A DNA stretch of 64,000 bases from a virus. A program made the position numbers and the translations under genes. The DNA lies in IMG/VR virus record IMGVR_UViG_3300042507_006854, positions 82,950 through 146,949 of that record; one strand, written 5' to 3'. The stretch's first letter is position 1. Each line of letters opens with the position of its first letter. A model generated the notes under the pieces. The model saw only the letters and a program-made list of their open reading frames with translations, had not been told where the DNA came from and did no database searches. This document shows positions 19,388-27,285 of this stretch, piece after piece.

Positions 19388-21252
19388 TAGCTACCTCCCC
19401 CCGCTGCCGATGGAGCTAATTTAAAATTTGAATGTCTACGAGAAAACGTATTTAAAGAAGGATAAGCTTTCAATCTTTTTCTATTAAAAAAGGTAAGAGA
19501 TCTTTTCATGCGATTTGTTTGTGTCATAAGTAGTGGGAATTTATTTATTATATTTTTTACATATAAATTTCTTTTATATACCTCAAATTTTTGAAAATTT
19601 TTCCAAAAACCGTCCTCCATAGAATTAAAAGATATAGAGGTAAATTCTTTAGAAATACTAGTATCAAATAATAAAGATAATCCCATTGATTTTTTAATGG
19701 ACACATCTATCAAAGAATTATCTCCATAATTAGAATGAACTAGCAAAAAGTCTGCATTTGTACCGCATGGTTCTTCGTTAGTGCTAAGATATTCCATAAA
19801 AACAGTTGTTCCGCTAGGTATAATTCCATTCCAAGTACCCAAATTAAATGTTTTATTTCCGGTATATAAGCCACTATATAATTTGTAAAATAAAGTATTT
19901 TGAATCGGAATTTCTTGTTTTAAGAAATTATTTACTTTATAGACATTACAATCTAATAACATTGATACAAAATAATTTAAATTCGCCTGTTGTAAATTAT
20001 CTAAACCAGAAATAAAAGAAATATTATCTGGAGCTGGCGCGCTTCCGCTTATAAATGAATTCATAGTATTAAGATATGTTAACATTTCATTCGTAATTAA
20101 TCCGGAAATAGGCCAGGTGCTCATAATACCTGTATCTCCTAAATTAGCTAATTCCGTGGGACTTTTAGAAATCAAACCTGTTGGAAATACAAAACCATTA
20201 TTTACATATATTGAATTTACGTCTATCCCAGGAACCGAAATACCATATGATGTTTTAACATAATTTAAAATTCCTGTATAACCAGTAAATGAACATGATC
20301 TAGGATCACTTGGATTAATATATTTTTTACATCTGAAGTTATTAAATGGTTTAAAATTTTGAACACTCGTTTCGAAAGTTTCTACTACTGTATTAAAAAC
20401 TCTTGTGGATCCGCTATGTGGTGAAATATACACAATTTTCTGAGAATAATGATTACCAGTAGAAATTAGTAAAATACCATTAAGATTACTATTTGCAGAA
20501 ATAGAATTTTGAGTAATTACGGTGTCAATATTTAATCTTGGTAATTGATGCAAGTAAATTGATTGTGGATAGATTACATATCCAGAATAATCTTTATTAT
20601 AAATAAAATTATTAATGTTATTTATAGCATTTAATGTTGCTAAATTTCCAGTAACAAAAGATCTTCTTAAATTTCCAGTTAATTGTTCAAAATTATAAAC
20701 ATTTGGAGAATCGATATAATCAATAATTCCGGTCGATAAGCCAGAATTAAAAAAACCAGTTACTGGAACTGATTTAATACCAGATAAAATTTTTGTATTG
20801 TGGACGCCCCAATCTTTTGGAAATGAAAATCTTACATAATCTAATAGAGGATGGGTATCTTCATTATTAAAGTTTTTGTTTATTCTTATAAAATTAAAAA
20901 ATCCTTGATCAAGAGTATCTCTTTGAATAGGTGGAGTATCGATACTATACAATTCACCATAAAAAGTATGAGAATATTTTGAAATAGTTTTAAAATAATC
21001 TTTAACATTTAAAGGATGTTCGGTCCAAACGATTTTGCTATGATAAGCTTTTAAATTCTCATCTATAGAATTATCAATTTCTTTTTGTAGTACAAGCGCA
21101 GTGTTAGGGACTCTTAAAGTACCAAGGTTATCGATAGAAATAATATAACCATTTAATTTTGTGTTGAGAGAAGGGGTTAGATCAACGTTCTCTAACAAAT
21201 TAATAGGCCCTCCAAACCCAATTTTACTAGCATCGGAAATTAGTTGTTGCAT
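19387..21252 (-). CDS. ribozyme-associated paralog C (621 aa)
   Basis: NLGTLR, RFSFP..W, KIVYISPH, LKQEIPIQNTLFYKLYSG, TFNLGTWNGIIPSG. Confidence 0.8.
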   Translation of the reverse strand: MQQLISDASKIGFGGPINLLENVDLTPSLNTKLNGYIISIDNLGTLRVPNTALVLQKEIDNSIDENLKAYHSKIVWTEHPLNVKDYFKTISKYSHTFYGELYSIDTPPIQRDTLDQGFFNFIRINKNFNNEDTHPLLDYVRFSFPKDWGVHNTKILSGIKSVPVTGFFNSGLSTGIIDYIDSPNVYNFEQLTGNLRRSFVTGNLATLNAINNINNFIYNKDYSGYVIYPQSIYLHQLPRLNIDTVITQNSISANSNLNGILLISTGNHYSQKIVYISPHSGSTRVFNTVVETFETSVQNFKPFNNFRCKKYINPSDPRSCSFTGYTGILNYVKTSYGISVPGIDVNSIYVNNGFVFPTGLISKSPTELANLGDTGIMSTWPISGLITNEMLTYLNTMNSFISGSAPAPDNISFISGLDNLQQANLNYFVSMLLDCNVYKVNNFLKQEIPIQNTLFYKLYSGLYTGNKTFNLGTWNGIIPSGTTVFMEYLSTNEEPCGTNADFLLVHSNYGDNSLIDVSIKKSMGLSLLFDTSISKEFTSISFNSMEDGFWKNFQKFEVYKRNLYVKNIINKFPLLMTQTNRMKRSLTFFNRKRLKAYPSLNTFSRRHSNFKLAPSAAGGGS

Positions 21253-21260
21253 ATTTTTTT

Positions 21261-21331
21261 AACCAATGAATAGATTACCTGGAGCTCTAGCTTTTCTGGG
21301 TGCCGGAGCTTTATTCTTTCTATACAATTAT
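21261..21331 (-). ncRNA. predicted circular RNA 3 (71 nt)
   Basis: Between terminal G 21332 and the GGUU|AAAA site; stems UGUAUAGA/UCUAUUCA and AGCUC/GAGCU. Confidence 0.65.
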
Positions 21332-21579
21332 CAACGTGTTATCGTGCGGGAGTTTACCCCGCACATCTCTACGTCACCGTAGAGTTCAGACTATATCTTG
21401 TTTACGCTTGCGCGTAAATCAGGGCGCTCGTGGACAGTTTATTGTTTTGTGCTACTCACTGTCTAGTCGTTGCACCTTCTACTTACTATTGCACTTCAGT
21501 AGCTTGGCTCAAGATTGTCTTCTTAAAAAGAGTTTCCTTGAATTCACCCCGAAAGGTCATATTTAAATTTTTAAAGAAC
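21332..21579 (-). ncRNA. group I ribozyme copy 3, permuted
   Basis: Same core with compensatory changes (P4 UCAAG/CUUGA; P8 UUUACGC/GCGUAAA); IGS GACC at 21558-21555. Confidence 0.9.
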
Positions 21580-21644
21580 ATCCTTTATTACACATTTTTA
21601 AATAAAAACCTTGTTTTTTTTAAAAAAAACTTTATAATTCTTTT

Positions 21645-22676
21645 ATGGCTGAAAATATCAATACAATTAAAAATAAACTAAATCAATATTTTAAAATTGG
21701 TAAGAATGTATTACTTGAAGGCCGTCATGGAACTGGAAAAACAAGTCTTGTCACAGAAGTATTTAGTAAAAATTGTAAAAATTGGCTTTATTTTTCTGGG
21801 TCAACCCTCGACCCATGGGTAGATTTTGTTGGAGTTCCCAAAGAAATTAAAAAAGGGAATGATTATGTTCTTTCGTTTGTTCTTCCGGAAAAAATGGCAG
21901 ACGATAAAGTAGAAGCTATTTTTATTGATGAGTATAATCGTAGCCACAAAAAAATTCGCAATGCTACTATGGAACTTGTTCAGTTCAAAAGCATTAATGG
22001 GCGTAAATTCCCCAATCTTAAAGTTGTATGGGCTGCTATTAATCCAAGCGATGACGAAGAAGAATACGACGTAGAAGAACTAGATGGCGCACAAACAGAT
22101 CGTTTTCAAATTAGAATCAAAGTTCCATTTGTTCCTGATATTGAGTATTTCCAAAATAAATTTGGTAACGATTGGGCCAAATCAGCCCTTGAATGGTGGA
22201 ATGGAATGCCAGATAAAGCTAAAAAATTAGTATCACCACGTAGGCTTGATTATGCACTAGAAATTCATAAAGAAGGTGGGGATATCTTTGACGTTATTCC
22301 ACTAGAAACAAACCCAACAAAGTTAATTGCAACATTAAAACTCGGAAGTCTTGAAGATAAAATCAAAAGTCTTTATAAACTAAAAGATGCAAAAAAAGCT
22401 CAACAATTTTTTGAAGACGAGAATAGTTTTCAAGCTGCGTTACCAATTATTAAAAGAAAAGCTGATTACATGAAATTCTTTTTACCAACTATTGATAACG
22501 AACGCATTACTTCTCTTTTCTTCAGCGATGCACATTATAAAACATTTATTTTAGATCATGCTCCATATTTTAAACCAGCATTAGAAGAAATTTCAAAATT
22601 AAAATCTGTTAGTAAAGATGATATTCGTATGATTAATCATGCTCTTAAACAAGTGGGAAATATTACTTATTTTTAA
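21645..22676 (+). CDS. MoxR-like AAA+ ATPase
   Basis: GRHGTGKT Walker A, IFIDEYNR Walker B, WAAINP, DRF, SPRR. Confidence 0.85.
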   Translation: MAENINTIKNKLNQYFKIGKNVLLEGRHGTGKTSLVTEVFSKNCKNWLYFSGSTLDPWVDFVGVPKEIKKGNDYVLSFVLPEKMADDKVEAIFIDEYNRSHKKIRNATMELVQFKSINGRKFPNLKVVWAAINPSDDEEEYDVEELDGAQTDRFQIRIKVPFVPDIEYFQNKFGNDWAKSALEWWNGMPDKAKKLVSPRRLDYALEIHKEGGDIFDVIPLETNPTKLIATLKLGSLEDKIKSLYKLKDAKKAQQFFEDENSFQAALPIIKRKADYMKFFLPTIDNERITSLFFSDAHYKTFILDHAPYFKPALEEISKLKSVSKDDIRMINHALKQVGNITYF

Positions 22677-22885
22677 TAAAAAAATAATTCTTTATTAAAA
22701 GCCCAGCCAGTTAATACCAATAGCCCCATTTGTAAAAATGATGCCCAACAGAATGGTGGTTCTAATTTTATACCAAATCCTAAACGTATAAAAATTAAAC
22801 AAGCGGCTACAGCAAATAATGTTATTGAAACTATCAACATTAAATTGACTACTTTTTTGATGATTTTCTTAGTTTGGGTTTTCAT
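22673..22885 (-). CDS. small two-TM membrane protein (holin-like?)
   Basis: ATG at 22885; two hydrophobic helices. Confidence 0.55.
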   Translation of the reverse strand: MKTQTKKIIKKVVNLMLIVSITLFAVAACLIFIRLGFGIKLEPPFCWASFLQMGLLVLTGWAFNKELFFY

Positions 22886-23207
22886 TTCGCCTAGATTCCA
22901 GAATAGCAACCATTTGCTCTATCTGCCTCAACCTTATTTCTATAAGTTCTAATGTTTTGTTTTGCGAAAGATCTATTTGATTTTTAATTTCTAATTGGCC
23001 CAAAATAAGCTCAATTCTTTGAACCTTTTCTGAAGTTTTTTGGTATTCAGTTTTTGTAATAAAATTGTTTTGTAAATATAAACTGGCGACCATAAATGCC
23101 AAGATTGCCAATTTCCATATATTATCAAACGATAAAAAATCTGATAAATGTACGGGCTTTGGATTATTTGCTACAATTTTTTTAGTATTTTTATTAGAAG
23201 TAAGCAT
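22869..23207 (-). CDS. membrane-anchored coiled-coil protein
   Basis: One TM segment followed by a heptad-rich tail; GTGTAA motif upstream. Confidence 0.65.
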   Translation of the reverse strand: MLTSNKNTKKIVANNPKPVHLSDFLSFDNIWKLAILAFMVASLYLQNNFITKTEYQKTSEKVQRIELILGQLEIKNQIDLSQNKTLELIEIRLRQIEQMVAILESRRNENPN

Positions 23208-23241
23208 GGTAAAAACGTATGATATTATATATTACACATAA

Positions 23242-23901
23242 ATGGCATATATTAATACAGATATACCACTTTTTTCTGCTTATTTAGATACAAGTTTTTT
23301 ATATGATAAAGAATCTCGGAGTACAAATGAGTTTATTCCGGTAGAAGTGTTTGGATTTACCTCTTTAAATCGGCGTTGCGCCCTTTTTTCTGTAATGACT
23401 GAAATGGGTAGCGTACATGCTCGTGTTCCTATCCATTATTTAACAGATCTTCTGCCAGAAGAAGGTTTAACGAACTTTCCATTAGATTGGCTAGAACTTT
23501 GGGATTGTTACTCTCCATATGTTACAGTGAATAGGTACGAATATTTAAAACATAGTGCTTGTAAAATTGTATTGAAAAATCGGGAATGGCATGACGCTAC
23601 GTATTTAATGACATTTGATTGGGCTTATGGGCCGCAACACCAAACTGGCCAAAGTGAAAATCCTGGGGGTCATAAACAGGGGCATCTTCTAATTGGTAAA
23701 GGTGGTCAATATTTTTTCCAGCCTGGAAATCGTATTGTTTGGCGTGATGGGGGCGCTTTTATAGGAAAAGAATTAAAAGGGCACGAAAAATGGAAAGTAT
23801 TTAGTAAGGAATTTTCTTGCGAACAAACTGGTAGTCGCTGGTTTGCTGGTGAAGAAGAACTTTATTTTTATCAGTTTGAACCTAATAAAGATAAGTCTTG
23901 A
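23242..23901 (+). CDS. phage hypothetical protein
   Basis: LELWDCYS, YLMTFDW, HKQGH, QPGNR motifs. Confidence 0.75.
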   Translation: MAYINTDIPLFSAYLDTSFLYDKESRSTNEFIPVEVFGFTSLNRRCALFSVMTEMGSVHARVPIHYLTDLLPEEGLTNFPLDWLELWDCYSPYVTVNRYEYLKHSACKIVLKNREWHDATYLMTFDWAYGPQHQTGQSENPGGHKQGHLLIGKGGQYFFQPGNRIVWRDGGAFIGKELKGHEKWKVFSKEFSCEQTGSRWFAGEEELYFYQFEPNKDKS

Positions 23902-23934
23902 ATTTTAATTCATTTAATTATAATATATTCAACA

Positions 23935-24558
23935 ATGAATAATACTGTTGAATTAATTGGTTACTATGGTTCTGATGAAGTAATTGCCTGTTCTGCTTGG
24001 ACTTCTACTTCACGTAATTTGACAGAAGAAAAGCGCGAAAGAATTGAGGGGTTGATTAATATGCTTTGGTCTAATGGGCACGAGACTCCATTTGAAAAGG
24101 GTGTCGTTCATTTTTTAGTAAATACAGATATTGCTACTCATATTCATCTTCTCAAACATCGTATTTCGAGCATCAATGCTGAATCAGCGCGCTATAAAGA
24201 ATTAAAAGAAGATAAATATTATGTTCCTCATGATTGGCCCATTGAATGGATTGAAAAATTAGAAAACTACACATCGCAAGGATTGAAATTATACCATGAA
24301 TGCGTCGATAGTCTTACAAAGCATTATGGAATTGATCGAAAGCGCGCTAAAGAATCAGCAAGATTTTTTAGAACCTATAACACTCAAATTGAAGCAGATG
24401 TTATGTTTAATATGCGTAGTTTTGCTAATTTCTTAAAATTAAGAGATAGTGAGCACGCTCAAAAAGAAGTGCGAGACATTGCTCAGCAAATGGCGCAAGC
24501 AGTAAAGTCTATAGAAAATAGACCTTTTAAATATACTTTAAAAGTCTTTGGTTATTAA
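23935..24558 (+). CDS. thyX: flavin-dependent thymidylate synthase
   Basis: GHETPFE, KHR.SS.N.ESARY, N.RS..NFLKLR...HAQ.E. Confidence 0.92.
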   Translation: MNNTVELIGYYGSDEVIACSAWTSTSRNLTEEKRERIEGLINMLWSNGHETPFEKGVVHFLVNTDIATHIHLLKHRISSINAESARYKELKEDKYYVPHDWPIEWIEKLENYTSQGLKLYHECVDSLTKHYGIDRKRAKESARFFRTYNTQIEADVMFNMRSFANFLKLRDSEHAQKEVRDIAQQMAQAVKSIENRPFKYTLKVFGY

Positions 24559-25140
24559 TTAGGGCAAACTAATTTTAACTAAGGCGTATCCGTTTTCGTC
24601 TTTACGGCTTAAGAATTTTCCGATAACAACGATTCCGTCTGTAGCTATACGACCATTCGATCCAACGTAAGCTGCATCTCCGATATCAGGAGCACCTCCG
24701 CCGCCACCACGATTGGTTTCATCAATATCATTGATAAGAATAAGACCTCTTGTTAATACTGGAACTGCTTGAATATCTTTAATAATAACATCCATTTCAG
24801 CAGCTTTACGAGAATTAAAGATTAATTTTTCGCCATTTTCATCAAATTCACGAATATCTTTAAGTAGAACACCTATTGCTGTTGGTACATCATCATGATT
24901 AACAACAGGTTCCACTTGACCAACTAATTCAAAATTTTGCGTTACAGTATTTGTATATACAGCGCCAGGAGCGGAAGATCCTAAGTCCAAAGGCCCTGCA
25001 GTTCTTTTATCAGAAGCTCCAGTTGATTTCCAGCTTCTTTTTGGCTTAACAAGAGTTCCTTTATTTGCAATAGCTGTGCAAGCAAAAAAGTTTAAAACTT
25101 CATGTTCACTATAATCTCTAAATGGAAGTAAGTTTGGCAT
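24559..25140 (-). CDS. putative capsid decoration/structural protein
   Basis: LLPFRDYSEHEV...DENGEKL...QAVPVLTRG...IGKFL; GTGTAA motif upstream. Confidence 0.5.
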   Translation of the reverse strand: MPNLLPFRDYSEHEVLNFFACTAIANKGTLVKPKRSWKSTGASDKRTAGPLDLGSSAPGAVYTNTVTQNFELVGQVEPVVNHDDVPTAIGVLLKDIREFDENGEKLIFNSRKAAEMDVIIKDIQAVPVLTRGLILINDIDETNRGGGGGAPDIGDAAYVGSNGRIATDGIVVIGKFLSRKDENGYALVKISLP

Positions 25141-25257
25141 ATATTGATATTACACTCAAAAAATAGATTATCTACTTTTTTTTAAATTAAATTATTTAAT
25201 TTATTTACATTACACTTTTTTTTATATTTAAATAGATTATTTATATAATTTATAACA

Positions 25258-25740
25258 ATGGATTTACAACAAATTTTAAATATACAAGAATTAGAAGGGT
25301 TACATCTCGATGTAATGTTTGGAGCAGTACCTAAACGTTTAATAGGAGATGTTTCTAAAAAATTTAATAAACGTAAAACAAAAAATTTATTTTATATAAT
25401 ATTCGGAGTTTATTTAAAGGAATCTAAACAATATATTGTATTTACGAGCGTATTTAAATCTTCTAGAAAAAAAATAGAAAATCAATGGTTTTCAGAAGTA
25501 ATGGTTGATTCAGCAGTATTTGAAGACAAACAGAAAGTTCTAGATTATTTATATGATTTTATGGATAATTTTGAAGAGCACGAAAGGATTATTAATGAAG
25601 AAATTATGAGTATGGGTATGATGCCAGCCATAGAAGCTTTTCGATATTTACTCATATGGAATAGAGGAATTTTCGATTATTTCAATATTTTTATTGAAAG
25701 CGAGAATAAAAAACGATTTAAATTTTTAAAATTGTTTTAA
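25258..25740 (+). CDS. hypothetical protein
   Basis: 160-aa ORF. Confidence 0.65.
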   Translation: MDLQQILNIQELEGLHLDVMFGAVPKRLIGDVSKKFNKRKTKNLFYIIFGVYLKESKQYIVFTSVFKSSRKKIENQWFSEVMVDSAVFEDKQKVLDYLYDFMDNFEEHERIINEEIMSMGMMPAIEAFRYLLIWNRGIFDYFNIFIESENKKRFKFLKLF

Positions 25741-25772
25741 CAACCGCTCATAATAATATTATTATACTAAAT

Positions 25773-25976
25773 TTAACGACAAGACGAAGAAGATGAAGAA
25801 TAACCGTCATGGCCAGGCCTTCCATAAAAAGGACAACTTGGCCCACATTGATGAATACTTGGAGGAGATTGGGGTGGACTAATAGGCCCTAGACTAGGGG
25901 CTCCTGGAATTCCACATGGATCAGGCGGTATGCAATTATTAATGGTTGAACCTGCAGATGATGTTGAAACGCTCAT
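25773..25976 (-). CDS. Ser/Pro/Cys-rich micro-protein 2 (MSVSTSSAGSTINNCIPP...)
   Basis: ATG at 25976; N-terminus nearly identical to the upstream paralog. Confidence 0.65.
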   Translation of the reverse strand: MSVSTSSAGSTINNCIPPDPCGIPGAPSLGPISPPQSPPSIHQCGPSCPFYGRPGHDGYSSSSSSCR

Positions 25977-25981
25977 AATAT

Positions 25982-26197
25982 TTATTTTAAAGTTTTTGTA
26001 GGTGATGGAGTTGGTGGTTGAGGACCCTGTGGTGGCATACCAGGGTAAGGATAAAAAGAATCTCCAGGGTTCATTGATGGGGGCCACTCTGTACACTGCC
26101 CTTGACCTGGATAATCAGGTCCAGTACAAGAAGATGAACTTGCTGGAGGAATACAATTATTTATTGTACCCCCAGCTGATGATGAAGCGGCACTCAT
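25982..26197 (-). CDS. Ser/Pro/Cys-rich micro-protein 1 (MSAASSSAGGTINNCIPP...)
   Basis: GTGTAATAATATTATT upstream; paralog of the next ORF. Confidence 0.65.
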   Translation of the reverse strand: MSAASSSAGGTINNCIPPASSSSCTGPDYPGQGQCTEWPPSMNPGDSFYPYPGMPPQGPQPPTPSPTKTLK

Positions 26198-26255
26198 AAT
26201 AATATTATTACACTTTTTTAAAAAAAATTGACTTATTTAAATTAAATGCTATAAT

Positions 26256-26480
26256 ATGTTTATGTATTGGCCATCTATGCAAGTATTAAAAAGCAGCGAT
26301 CTTTGGAAAAAGCTCGATAAAAAAATGAAATGGACTTTTATGGGTATGTGGACTGTTGAGGATTCACAAGTTCATTCTGATAACCCAGAATATAAATTAG
26401 AGCCAAATATGGCTTATATTAACAAAAGAAAATCAGGTTTTAAACCTCGCCCGAAACGAGAAGAAGAATTTGATGATTAA
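26256..26480 (+). CDS. hypothetical protein
   Basis: TTGACT...TATAAT promoter-like sequence directly upstream. Confidence 0.6.
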   Translation: MFMYWPSMQVLKSSDLWKKLDKKMKWTFMGMWTVEDSQVHSDNPEYKLEPNMAYINKRKSGFKPRPKREEEFDD

Positions 26481-26815
26481 TTTTGATAAGTAATATAAGC
26501 AAATACTGGAGCACTACCATTAGTTGCTACCAGTCTTATATTGGCAATAGGAGAATCAAAGAAAATAGGGTCTCCATATCCAGCGCCAACTCCCGTAGCT
26601 GTATAAAAAGAAAGTGCATTTGCTACCCCACCTTCTAAAAACATAGGGTGTTGAGTTAATTCTGTTTTAGCTTGTAAATTAATATCTACACTAGAACCGC
26701 TAGCATAAATAACTACAAAACCATTTTTACATAAAGCTGTGTTAACCCATCGTCCAGTAAATGGGGCAGATTGTCCGGTTGCTAAAAATTCGGTCTTAAT
26801 AAGAGAAGGGTTCAT
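26477..26815 (-). CDS. small beta-rich putative structural protein
   Basis: GTGTAA motif upstream; beta-sandwich-like composition. Confidence 0.55.
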   Translation of the reverse strand: MNPSLIKTEFLATGQSAPFTGRWVNTALCKNGFVVIYASGSSVDINLQAKTELTQHPMFLEGGVANALSFYTATGVGAGYGDPIFFDSPIANIRLVATNGSAPVFAYITYQN

Positions 26816-26872
26816 TATTCATAATTACACATAAAATAGATAGTTTTTGTTTTAAAATTTAAAATAATACAA

Positions 26873-27280
26873 ATGAATAGACAAAAAACAATATGCTTTT
26901 TACGCCAAATCTGTTTGCAATATGAAGTTAAAGTTAGATTTCGTACCCGTTTTGATAAAGAATTAGACGGAGAAGCAGATACTGAAAAAGAAATAATTTA
27001 TATAGATAAAAAATTACCACGTAGAGCCATGGCTGAAGCGGTATTTCATGAATTGGGTCATATTTATTGTGTCCGAAAAGGTATTTGGAATAAATTCCAT
27101 AAAGAGCATGATTATTCCGCAATCAAATCATTCAAAGCAGAGAATTGGATTGAACACTGGGCCAAACGCGAATGGGATGCGTGGGGTATGAGAAAAATAT
27201 TTGGACAGTATCGATTTGTTTATTTAAAAAGCGAAAAGAAAAAATTAGTAAAATGGTTTGAAAAAAAATTCAACTTATAA
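26873..27280 (+). CDS. HExxH metallopeptidase-like (ImmA/IrrE-type) protein
   Basis: FHELGH followed by a downstream E..(W)A motif. Confidence 0.65.
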   Translation: MNRQKTICFLRQICLQYEVKVRFRTRFDKELDGEADTEKEIIYIDKKLPRRAMAEAVFHELGHIYCVRKGIWNKFHKEHDYSAIKSFKAENWIEHWAKREWDAWGMRKIFGQYRFVYLKSEKKKLVKWFEKKFNL

Positions 27281-27285
27281 ACTTA

